A stretch of 64,000 nt of DNA. It comes from Methylobacter sp. (lineage in GTDB: Bacteria; Pseudomonadota; Gammaproteobacteria; Methylococcales; Methylomonadaceae). The notes beneath the pieces are model-generated. The model saw only the letters and a list, made by a program, of their open reading frames with translations. It had not been told where the DNA came from and ran no database searches. The translations under genes and the position numbers were made by a program. Shown in pieces: positions 46,865 through 56,400 of the stretch. The DNA is taken from positions 13,930 through 77,929 of the forward strand of contig JAUXXQ010000196.1 in assembly GCA_030684815.1 (NCBI GenBank), in the 5' to 3' direction. Numbering within the stretch: position 1 is the first letter of the stretch; each line of letters opens with the position of its first letter.

Positions 46865-47899
46865 ATGAACACTCACGCTATAGAACTCACCACCCGAGAC
46901 GGCGAACAGTTCCATTTCGACTGCCCGGCTGGGCAAAATTTACTCGAAGCCGCCGCCAGCGCCCATATCGTCTTGCCCGCCCAATGCGGACAGGGCAATT
47001 GCGGCACCTGTTATGCCGAAGTCACTGAAGGCGACTTTACCTTAGGCAAACATAATCCATCAGCCTTGCCCACAGCCGATAGCGCCAAAGGCGGCGTACT
47101 GCTGTGCTGCACCTTTGCCAACAGCGATTTGCGCATTGCCCTGCCGTTCGACCATGACCGCGTGTTGCTTGGCGAAATTCAAGTCAGAAACGCCGACATC
47201 ACCGCGATTGACAGCGTCGGCGAAAATACCTTGCGTTTGGAATTGCACCTCGAACCGAATGAAGACAGCGGCAGCGCCGCCGAATTTGAACCCGGCCAAT
47301 TCATGGAACTGGAAGTGCCGGGTCAAGACATCAAGCGCGCCTATTCATTATCCAATATCAGCAATTGGGATGGTCGGCTGGAATTTTTAATCCGTCTACA
47401 ACCGGACGGCCTTTTTTCTACCTGGCTGAAAGAACGGGCCGCTGTCGGGCAAACGCTGATCGTGCATGGCCCTAAAGGCGCTTTCGGCTTGGCTGAAAAC
47501 GGCTTGAGACCGCGCTGGTTTGTCGCGGGCGGCACAGGTCTGGCGCCGATGCTCTCGATGTTACGACGGATGGCCGAATTTCAGGAACCGCATCCGGCAC
47601 GGCTGTATTTTGGCGCCAACCGCGCCGAAGAATTGTTTTGCCAAGCCGAATTGAAAGCCTTGCAGGCAGAACTGCCGCAATTGCAGGTGATTTATTGTGT
47701 CTGGAAACCGGATGACCAGTGGCAAGGCTTTAGCGGCACGCCGGTCGATGCGTTAGCGCAAGACCTGGCCGATGTCACAGTTATGCCGGATATTTATTTA
47801 TGCGGGCCGCCAAAGCTGATTGATGCCGCCGAAGCTGCCGCACGCGCTAAAGGCGTGCCCGATATACAAGTGATGAGTGAGCGGTTTTTGCCTGCTTAG
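46865..47899 (+). CDS. 2Fe-2S/FAD/NAD(P)H oxidoreductase (ferredoxin domain N-terminal); probable Hcp electron donor
   Basis: CGQGNCGTC...LLCC, RAYSLSN, AGGTGLAP, YFGAN and YLCGPP. Confidence 0.85.
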   Translation: MNTHAIELTTRDGEQFHFDCPAGQNLLEAAASAHIVLPAQCGQGNCGTCYAEVTEGDFTLGKHNPSALPTADSAKGGVLLCCTFANSDLRIALPFDHDRVLLGEIQVRNADITAIDSVGENTLRLELHLEPNEDSGSAAEFEPGQFMELEVPGQDIKRAYSLSNISNWDGRLEFLIRLQPDGLFSTWLKERAAVGQTLIVHGPKGAFGLAENGLRPRWFVAGGTGLAPMLSMLRRMAEFQEPHPARLYFGANRAEELFCQAELKALQAELPQLQVIYCVWKPDDQWQGFSGTPVDALAQDLADVTVMPDIYLCGPPKLIDAAEAAARAKGVPDIQVMSERFLPA

Positions 47900-48039
47900 A
47901 CCGGTAGCGTATGCATCGCGCCGCTTTATCGCAGTTCAAGTAACGGCGTGCGGTGCGTGCCCTACAATGCTACAGCCCTTATGTTTCAATCCACATGAAA
48001 TAACTTCCCTTAATAATCAATAATCTGACAAAAAACAGA

Positions 48040-48120
48040 GTCCACGAAAAGCACGAAATTTCCGTGTTTTTCGTGCTTTTCGTGGACAATTTTTGGTATG
48101 TCTTTTTCAGGAAATAGCCT
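48040..48120. repeat. GTCCACG...CGTGGAC palindrome with shared tail
   Basis: The tail caatttttggtat.tctttttcaggaaat.gcc is shared with 52625-52660. Confidence 0.75.
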
Positions 48121-48296
48121 AAGTTATTGAATAATAGAATTATTATTTTTTAGAAGATGTCATTTCGACAGCCTAGATCTGTCCCTAATTTCATGAGTTG
48201 GAACTTGGGAACGAGACAGCCAGCTTTATTTAACCGCAGAGTCTCGCAGAGTTAAGCGCAGAGTATCGCTGAGTTTTTTCAGTCCTGTTGGGTTGT

Positions 48297-48443
48297 ATCG
48301 TTCCCACGCTCCAGCGTGGGAATGCATCCAGCAACGCTCCAGCGTTGCGAAAGGAGCGATTGTTTTGATGGAACTAGTCATTGCAATGATACGGGACGCG
48401 GAGCGTCCATAACTGCATTCCCACGCCGGAGCGAGGGAACGAT
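48297..48443. repeat. BIME-like REP pair (ATCGTTCCCACGCTCCAGCGTGGGAATGC)
   Basis: Inverted REP copies flank the internal hairpins GCAACGCTCCAGCGTTGC and GGACGCGGAGCGTCC. Confidence 0.8.
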
Positions 48444-48487
48444 TTAATTCCCCCCCAATTCCCCTTCTACCCCGTCGCGCGTCCGTT

Positions 48488-49447
48488 CTAAGGGGGGCAA
48501 GCCTTACTAAAACTACAGTTATTACCAGAGCATCCGGTAGCTGCACAGCAAGCATTATAGCCTGATGGAGCAGAGCTATAATTACTGCTATTACCTGAAC
48601 GAGAACATGTGACATTAATAGTTGTTTGTACAGTACATGAAGAATGTGTATAGCTTCCCGATAACGTGCCATTTACGCATTGGCGTGACTCGCTGACACA
48701 AGCGCTTCCATAAGCTACGGTTGCGGCTGAATAAGCGGTCACAGATGAGCCACTGGAAACCGTTGTTCCGCCTGGCCCATCACATGATAAGCTACCACCT
48801 TCACCACCTTCACCACCTTCACCACCGTCGCCACCGTCGCCACCGTCACCACCGTCGCCGCCTTCACCACCTTCACCACCTTCACCACCTTCACCACCTT
48901 CACCACCTTCACCACCTTCACCACCTTCACCACCTTCACCGCCTTCACCGCCTTCACCGCCTTCACCACCGCCACCGCCACCGCCACCGCCACTTATACT
49001 ATTCAACAACACCACACCCGACTTAACCGGGTCGGCCTCGGCAATATAGGAGGTCAGTTGTACAGTTTGAGTGGCGTTTTGCCGATCTATCCAAGTTACA
49101 GTGGTATTAGCTTGCTTATAATTGCCCTGAGCAGTGCAATTGCCGGAAACGGAACAGTCCGTAATCGTCCAAGTTCGGGTAAACGTGCTGTTAGCACCAG
49201 CAACGGTATTATTATCCGAGCCGGTATAACCGGTATAAGTGTTTTGATTAGCAAAACCACGCAACTCTTCAATTTTATCCTGCGCCAAATTCAACGCATG
49301 GGTTTTCATACGGCTATCGGCACTATTGATTAAGGTAATGCCTTGCAAATTGGCTAAACCCAGCATGGCTACCGCGACTACTACGGCGGCAATTAACGCT
49401 TCAATCAAGGAAAATCCCGATATTCTGCTATGTAATATTTTTTTCAT
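48488..49447 (-). CDS. pilV: PilV-like minor pilin with (GGE/GGD)n linker and Cys-rich C-terminal domain
   Basis: ISG|FSLIEALI prepilin motif; likely start MKKIL at 49447 (alternative 49474). Confidence 0.85.
   Translation of the reverse strand: MKKILHSRISGFSLIEALIAAVVVAVAMLGLANLQGITLINSADSRMKTHALNLAQDKIEELRGFANQNTYTGYTGSDNNTVAGANSTFTRTWTITDCSVSGNCTAQGNYKQANTTVTWIDRQNATQTVQLTSYIAEADPVKSGVVLLNSISGGGGGGGGGEGGEGGEGGEGGEGGEGGEGGEGGEGGEGGEGGEGGDGGDGGDGGDGGEGGEGGEGGSLSCDGPGGTTVSSGSSVTAYSAATVAYGSACVSESRQCVNGTLSGSYTHSSCTVQTTINVTCSRSGNSSNYSSAPSGYNACCAATGCSGNNCSFSKACPP
48794..48992. repeat. 9-bp tandem repeat (TTCACCACC-type) encoding Gly-Gly-Glu/Asp
   Basis: About 19 GGE/GGD units plus a poly-Gly stretch, read directly from the sequence. 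Confidence 0.95.
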
Positions 49448-49458
49448 GGAGACCTTCT

Positions 49459-50829
49459 TTAAAAATCTTTCCAAGTGCCGGGAATGGCGCTAATGGCATA
49501 AGGCAGTGTGGTGGGTAATACATCCGGTGGATAGAGAGTATTATTTATCGCGCCATCATTACTGAAATCGATAGCAATAAATCTTGAATTGGCGTTAGGT
49601 TTATCCACATCACCTTCCCAAATAACAGAACCATAAATGTCAGCGCCGCCCCAACCATTCGAGGCGCAGGCTGTTGTAGACTCAAAATAGACAATGCCAT
49701 AGATGACAATACCGCCATTAAGTTTAGGGCAGCCATAAGCACTGGGAACAATCAATATAACTGGCGTACTCGGCGTACCAATTGTCTTATTATTCACACC
49801 GACACCCGAGCAACTGCCTACTATCGCACCTGAGTTAATATTGCCGTTTTGATGAATAAGATAAATGGGCGCACCGGATGGCGCGCCACAAGGGATATTG
49901 CTGGTAAAAACATTACCTGCGCTGGTCGCGGCCGCTTTAGCTGCTGTCAAACTGCCACCATTAAACGCGTGGTTCCAGGCACAATTGTTAGTGTTAGGCA
50001 CGGGGCAGAGTTCATCGAATTGACCACGCTTAAATGTCGTTGAATTAGCTGCAGATTCACCGCTATCCATAACACCGTTGTTATTGGCATCGTTCCAAGT
50101 ACCGACATTCAAATGGCCTTGCGGCAAACAAGAAGCACCACTTGACTTGCCACTGATTACAGCAGTATCACCTGCTGCCAACAAAAAGGTATCCGGTGTT
50201 CCGGTAGCGGCTGAGGTAATGCAGCCCGCCATAACCCAAGGCGGCGGCATACTAAATCCAGTGGGCCCGACTTCGGGCGGCACATAATTGGTCGGTGCTT
50301 GACTAACAATAAACATTTCCGATGTGGCCGTAACACTGTTGTCTGCATTGCGTGCTACCGATTTAACACGGATAGCAGAGCCTGAAAAAGCTGCCGGTAT
50401 TTCAGTATAGACTAGCTCCCCTAATGTATAAGTCTCGCCTGAACTGGTCATGCCGCTGCCCGGTAACGCTAAAGCCGGACAATCGGCTGAGGGGGTAATG
50501 TCTGAGCCGCAAGCAAAATTTCTTTCACCATTTTCATCCATCGACTCCCATTTAAGAAAATGCACAGGTGCATAATGGCTGCCGTCTGCTACCCATTCTG
50601 ATTTTGTCGCATAAGCCAAGGCAAATTCCAATCCGGCTTCTGCCGATTCTCTGGCTTCACGGGCGCGAATATCATTACCGGTAATTCTTTGCTCCATAAT
50701 ACCGGTGCGTGCTGTCGTCAAGGCGGCAACACCCATAATCATCGCCAGCACCAGGACTACAATTAAAGTAGCAGCGCCTTGCTGGCGAGATTTTATATTG
50801 AGGTTAAAAGCAATCATGTCTGCCTCCAC
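49459..50829 (-). CDS. pilX: PilX-like minor pilin with a long C-terminal extension
   Basis: QQG|AATLIVVLVL (no E5), EQRITGND.RA.EA..SAEAGL. Confidence 0.85.
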   Translation of the reverse strand: MEADMIAFNLNIKSRQQGAATLIVVLVLAMIMGVAALTTARTGIMEQRITGNDIRAREARESAEAGLEFALAYATKSEWVADGSHYAPVHFLKWESMDENGERNFACGSDITPSADCPALALPGSGMTSSGETYTLGELVYTEIPAAFSGSAIRVKSVARNADNSVTATSEMFIVSQAPTNYVPPEVGPTGFSMPPPWVMAGCITSAATGTPDTFLLAAGDTAVISGKSSGASCLPQGHLNVGTWNDANNNGVMDSGESAANSTTFKRGQFDELCPVPNTNNCAWNHAFNGGSLTAAKAAATSAGNVFTSNIPCGAPSGAPIYLIHQNGNINSGAIVGSCSGVGVNNKTIGTPSTPVILIVPSAYGCPKLNGGIVIYGIVYFESTTACASNGWGGADIYGSVIWEGDVDKPNANSRFIAIDFSNDGAINNTLYPPDVLPTTLPYAISAIPGTWKDF

Positions 50830-50841
50830 AAAGCAATAGGA

Positions 50842-51657
50842 TTAAGGCAGCGCCGGCAAGAATTTATCATTGCGCACCCGCACTTGTCCGGTGATGGTTT
50901 GAGTCACATTAGGGTCGTCGCGCAAACGGCCCGTTAAGGTAATTTTAACGTTGCGGACATATAAACACGCTGGATCGGGTGCAGTGCCATCACGGTCACA
51001 TTCATTACATCCACCAACCTCGGCACTATTGCATAAATCATCAGCGGGATCGGAATTTTTTAATCTAGCATCCATCACGGTCACGTTAAGTTCGGTTTCG
51101 ATTAATTCAAACAACGGCTCAGTGTTAGGGTTGGGAATAATTTGAACCTCGGGTTCGGTGATGGTTTCCCAACTACCGTCTGTGCAGTTTATATTAGTAT
51201 TACCACTCTCTCTCATGCTTAATATGCCAGCACTGTTCAAGCGAAAACCAAAGCGTTGACTTTGAACATCAACCGGATTGCTATCATTTGCGTTATACGA
51301 ATAAACAATACAATTACCAGTGCCTCCGTCATAATCGTGCACGTCAATATCGGTTGTTGCTGCAAAAAAAGGATTATTTTTTAAGAAATCCAAATTAGCC
51401 GCTGGATCAGATGTCACAAAGCCTGCCCGTCGAATATCCCGCACCATAATATCCATCATGGCACGCATATCCTGATTTAAGCGGGAAAGTTGCTGGTTAT
51501 CGGTTTGGCCTCTAATCGATGTGGTAAAAACCTGGAGACCACCGGCAACAACAATCATGCCGACCAATAAGCCGATCATAAGTTCGATTAAGGTGATACC
51601 GGTTTGTTGTTTATGATGTATTAAGGGCATGCTTCGTAACCTCCCATTGAGCCGCAA
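50842..51657 (-). CDS. pilW: PilW-like minor pilin
   Basis: QTG|ITLIELMIGL and DIRRAGF; true start may be the downstream MPLIHH. Confidence 0.87.
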   Translation of the reverse strand: MRLNGRLRSMPLIHHKQQTGITLIELMIGLLVGMIVVAGGLQVFTTSIRGQTDNQQLSRLNQDMRAMMDIMVRDIRRAGFVTSDPAANLDFLKNNPFFAATTDIDVHDYDGGTGNCIVYSYNANDSNPVDVQSQRFGFRLNSAGILSMRESGNTNINCTDGSWETITEPEVQIIPNPNTEPLFELIETELNVTVMDARLKNSDPADDLCNSAEVGGCNECDRDGTAPDPACLYVRNVKITLTGRLRDDPNVTQTITGQVRVRNDKFLPALP

Positions 51658-52109
51658 ATTCTTACACGCCCGAGTGTACTAACTTCGACTCCGGCATTAA
51701 AGTTGGTTGTAGTGATTGTAGCGATACCTTTATTGGCCGTACCTCTTACTGCTTCAAAAGTAGTCATCCCACCGGTAAAATCAGTTGTCAGGCTGGTTGA
51801 CGCAAAATCGCTACCATTGACTGTTTTCGGCAAAACGCCATCGGAAGCTGCAAGCGCAGGGTTGGTATCAATGGTGTAGTTCCAGTTACTACCCGTCGTA
51901 AAAGTCACTCTAACTGGTCTGTTACGTTTAATAGATTCCGCCCGCGCCCAGCGCAGATCGGCTAATACAGTTTCCGCTACACCTACAATCCGTTGCTTTT
52001 CCAGCATTGAATTAAACGAGGGCGCTGCCATCGCTGCCAGGATAGCAATAATTGCGACCACTATCATGGTCTCAATCAGGGTAAAACCGGTGTTTTTTAT
52101 GCTATTCAT
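51621..52109 (-). CDS. fimT: FimT/GspH-like minor pilin
   Basis: NTG|FTLIETMI, LRWARAESIKRN and LGRVRIC. Confidence 0.88.
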   Translation of the reverse strand: MNSIKNTGFTLIETMIVVAIIAILAAMAAPSFNSMLEKQRIVGVAETVLADLRWARAESIKRNRPVRVTFTTGSNWNYTIDTNPALAASDGVLPKTVNGSDFASTSLTTDFTGGMTTFEAVRGTANKGIATITTTNFNAGVEVSTLGRVRICGSMGGYEACP

Positions 52110-52131
52110 GATATTGGCCTGGTATTTTTAT

Positions 52132-52506
52132 CCATGAGTAGCGTAAAACCCCGCCGTTCAGGGCGGGGATGTAAGCGGCTCAGTTTCGTATTTCTCATCG
52201 TGTTAATCCCTTCCATTGTGTTAAAACCGACTCTTGTTACTATCAGAGGACGCTATCGGCTCTCTCAATGACGGCAACTTAAGTTTTAAAAGGCTTCAAA
52301 ATCACAACTCGCGAAAACCAAGCAAACAGTGTGAAGCCTAAATAACCGTTTTAAAAAGTAAAATAACCGTCGGGCAGACGGGGCTAGCCTGCGAAATGAG
52401 CGGTACAGTATGCCGTCAGCAGCAGAAACCAGTGGGCAGTAGCGATACAATCCCACTCCTGATTCACATCAGGAATCTCCATGCTTTAGCAGGGGGAGGA
52501 TGTCAA
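52132..52506 (+). mobile_element. Second non-autonomous IS608-like mini-element, 375 bp, with a tnpB-tail remnant
   Basis: TTAT at 52128-31; AAAA at 52145-48 before the hairpin CCCCGCC-gttcag-GGCGGGG; right end GAAT...GCTTTAGC...GGAGGATGTCAA; TnpB-tail-like peptide TVGQTGLACE. Confidence 0.85.
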
Positions 52507-52684
52507 CAGTTTAGGCCATTTACGGGAAATAACATCCCTTGATGATCCATAGGTTGTAAAAGATAAAGTCCACGCTTAGCACAAAAGCAACGAAATTTTC
52601 GTGTTTTTTCGTGCTAAACGCGGACAATTTTTGGTATATCTTTTTCAGGAAATCGCCCTATTTCTATTTTCGCGGAGTAGTTAC

Positions 52685-53143
52685 CTAGCGTTTTAAGTTA
52701 ATGACAATCCCTGCGCCATCTACCGATTTTTGTTTATCCGCTTCCAGTTCTTGTGACATTAGCATCTGCCCATCAAGAGACAAGGCCTGTGACTTTTCCT
52801 TTTTTGTGGCAAATATGTTGGAAGATTCCCGCTGGACGGGTTTGTTCTGCTCCGGCTTTTGCCAAGTTTTTTCAGGCAATTTAAAAGGGACGGAAAGATC
52901 CAGCGTTTTTTGAAATTTAGTGTCGTCAATATCGCTGCTTTTGACGCTTGACACGGTGTTTTCAGTTTTGGTCTTTTTTTGTTTTGAGTTAACGGGGGGG
53001 GCTTTACTGTTGCCCTGTTCTTCTTTTGCTGCAACCGCTGCCGCCTGTTTTTCCGCTAATGGATCACTATTAAACCCGGTTAGAAAAACCAATGAAATCG
53101 TCAAAATAATCCGTAAAAACAGGCGGTCATTGTTTATCTTCAT
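52685..53143 (-). CDS. Hypothetical exported protein
   Basis: 152 aa with an N-terminal hydrophobic segment and a Lys-rich low-complexity middle; AGAGAGG upstream. Confidence 0.6.
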   Translation of the reverse strand: MKINNDRLFLRIILTISLVFLTGFNSDPLAEKQAAAVAAKEEQGNSKAPPVNSKQKKTKTENTVSSVKSSDIDDTKFQKTLDLSVPFKLPEKTWQKPEQNKPVQRESSNIFATKKEKSQALSLDGQMLMSQELEADKQKSVDGAGIVINLKR

Positions 53144-53403
53144 GTGTTGCCTCTCTTTGCCTTCCAGTATCCATAATTCACAGAGCCTTTACTGCTGTTT
53201 ATTTTAGACCAACACGCCAAAATTGGAATGGCTCAACAAGCTGATTAATCCGGCGGCGACTATAGCAAGTGCCAGCATTTTTACCATGAAGGGCGCGAAG
53301 ACAATTTAGGCGACTCCCTGAAAATGACATACCAAAAATTGTCCGCGAAAAGCATGAAAATCTCTTGGCTTTCATGGTGATACAAAACTTTTTGAAGGGC
53401 GAC

Positions 53404-56400
53404 TTATTTGCCCAAACGCCGTTCCGTTGCCAGCACCAATTGCGTGGTCTTCAACACGCTATCGGGATTCAGGCTCATCGAATCGATGCCGATTTCAACC
53501 AAAAACTCCGCCATTTCTGGATAATCCGACGGCGCCTGACCGCAAAGTCCGCAATGTTTGCCGTTACGCCGTGCGCCCTCAACAGCCAGACGGATCATTT
53601 CCTTGACGCCGGGGTCGCGTTCGTCAAAGTCCTCGGCAAGAATCGCGGAATCGCGATCCACGCCCAAGGTCAACTGGGTCAAGTCATTGGAACCAATAGA
53701 AAAACCGTCGAAATGTTGGGAAAAGGCGTCTATTTGAATGACGTTATTGGGGATTTCGCACATGACATAAATCTGCAAGCCGTTATCACCACGTTTTAAG
53801 CCCAGCTCTGCCATATAATCCAGCACTTTTTTAGCTTCTTGTACGCGCCGACAAAATGGAATCATTAAAATAACATTGGTCAGTCCCATTTCATCCCGCA
53901 CCCGTTTCATTGCCCGGCATTCCAACGCAAAACCTTCTGCGTAAGCGGGATGGATGTAGCGCGACGCGCCACGAAAGCCTATCATGGGATTTTCTTCATC
54001 AAACTCAAACCAACTGCCGCCCAGCAAGGTGGCGTATTCGTTGGTCTTAAAATCGGACATGCGCACCACCACCGGTTTCGGATAAAACGCGGCGGCAATA
54101 GTGCCGACGCCTTCCGACAGTTTTTCGATAAAGTAATCTTCGGGGCTGGCGTAATGGCGCGTTAATTGATTGAGTTGCCCGCGTTCAGCGGCGTCTTGCA
54201 CTTTCTCGGGGTGTATCAGCGCCATCGGATGCGCTTTGATGTATTCGGTGATGATAAATTCCATCCGCGCCAAACCCACACCGGCATTGGGCAGGAAACT
54301 GGTTTTGAACGCCAGTTCGGGATTGCCGATATTGAGCATGATGTGGGTTTTGGGCTGTTGCAGGCCAGACAAGTCGGTGCTTTGAATGTCGAAATCGAGC
54401 AGGTCGGCATAGACTTTACCGACATCGCCCTCGGCGCAGGACACAGTGACTAGGCTGTCATGCTGAATCAACGTGGTGGCATTGTCGCAACCGACTACGG
54501 CAGGAACACCTAGTTCACGCGATATTATCGCGGCGTGACAATTATTCACTAATACAGGCGTGTAGCGTTCGGAAAAGACAATATAATTGTGATGGTCGGC
54601 AACCGTGATGTTATAAACAGCTTGTTCCTCTAACTCATGTACCGTTTGTAAGCGCAATTGACGTAAATCGCTGGCTAATAATTTTTCTAAATTATTTTTT
54701 AATGTGCTATCGGTCACTTGTTCTAGTGTGGCGCGAAGCTGTTGTTCGTCAATCAAATAATTTTTAGCACTGCGATTATTAATATCAGAATTAAAGGGTG
54801 TGGTAAATAACTGACGCGTGTTAAAAAAGCGTGTGCCTGTCCTTACTCGTGCGTCCTGACAACGTACACGTTGCGTGTATTGATTCAATAAGTCTAATTT
54901 TTCCACAATCTGCACGTTATAAATTGTGCGATTGACGGTCACGCTAGGCACTGTGCCAATTCGTAGACACGCCACAATCACGGCTTCCAATAATTCTTGC
55001 TTGGAAACGTAGATATTAACGCGCCCGTTGTTGAAGCTGCCGTCACCATCAATCACGCCCGCTAAAAAAGAGCAGACTAAATCAGTATCACCCTTCAGCA
55101 AAGTTTGACTAATGGTTGTTGCTTCATCATGCAGTTGGTAGGCGACATCTTTAGAAAAACAACGGTAAGCCGTTGCCTCGCCAACAACTTGCTGACCACG
55201 AATAAACCCTTGGGATTGTTTTTTCTCGAAGGCTTTAAATAATTTGCCATACACGCTATGCAGTGCGTCATTCATGGCAGCAATAAATTGTTGTTTAACC
55301 GCTGTGGGTTTTTGAATAAACACCACTTCGCCGTGTGTACGGCTACGATGAATATGTCCATCAGTCATGATACCGCCCAACAAATAAGCCAGCTTTTTCT
55401 GTTTATTGGTGCTACTGGTTAGCGCGGGAATATATTGTGCAAGCAAAGCACATTCTTGATTGCTTAGCATCTCTTGCAGTTCTGTATCAACCAATTGACC
55501 ATCACGCAGGTTTAGCATCTTATGGTCAGCGGTTACTTTGAGCGTGTTGTTTTTCATACGCCCTGTTTGTGACACATTGACTTGCAACAATCGTGCGGTT
55601 TTTTTCATGACTGCTTCGACGTTTTTCCATTCTATTTTTAGCGTGTCACGGTTAAGCGAGGGAACTTGTATATCTTCACAACCACGCTGTTCTAGTTCAG
55701 CAAAGGTCAAGAAACCTTGATTGGTTAATAATATCGTATCACCTGAAAAACAGGTTCTGCCACCACGATTAGTGACGATTGCCGAGGCTATTTTCATCAC
55801 CGGTTCCCAGTCCGGCGTGGTCATGTCGGCCACCAGAATATCGCCCGCTTTAAAGCTGCTCAATTGTTCCAGTTTGTCGATAATGCGCGCGTTGCCGCTG
55901 GCAATTTTGCTGCCGACTGCATGGCCGATTACTATCGGCGCGGCTGACTGTTTAAGGCTGTATTGCTCCAAGACCATGCCGCGCAACTGCGAAACCACGG
56001 TCTCAGGGCGCGCCTGCACGATATACAAAGTGCCGTCGATACCATCTTTCGCCCATTCTATATCCATCGGCCTAGCCTGCCCGGCCTTGGCGCTGTAGTG
56101 TTTTTCTATTTTAATCGCGTAATCGGCCAAGGTCAGCACATCGGCATCGTTCAAGCAATAGCGGTTGCGCTCTTCGGCAGAGGTGACAATATTATGCGTC
56201 GGTTCGCGGGTGCGTCCGTCGCTGTAGACCATTTTGATTTTCTTCGCGCCCAGGGTGCGCCTTAATACCGCCCGATGGCCTTGTTCAAAGGTCGGCTTAT
56301 GCACATAAAATTCGTCGGGGTCGACCGCGCCTTGCACCACATTTTCGCCCAAGCCGTAAGCGCCGGTAATGAACACCACATCGGTAAAACCCGATTCAGT

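Noticed and set aside
46865-47899. Soluble methane monooxygenase reductase MmoC
   Set aside because: The domain order is similar, but no mmoXYBZ genes are present and the context is hcp.
48226-48672. 148-aa ORF spanning the pilV end and the REP cluster
   Set aside because: It is made of REP/BIME sequence in an alternative frame.
48721-49026. Poly-His ORF (HHLHHLHH...) on the + strand, and the VKV-repeat ORF 48739-48993
   Set aside because: These are antisense and alternative-frame shadows of the 9-bp GGE repeat in pilV, which has a proper prepilin N-terminus.
49601-49609. Single perfect DnaA box (TTATCCACA) inside pilX
   Set aside because: Isolated and within a coding region; expected by chance in 64 kb.
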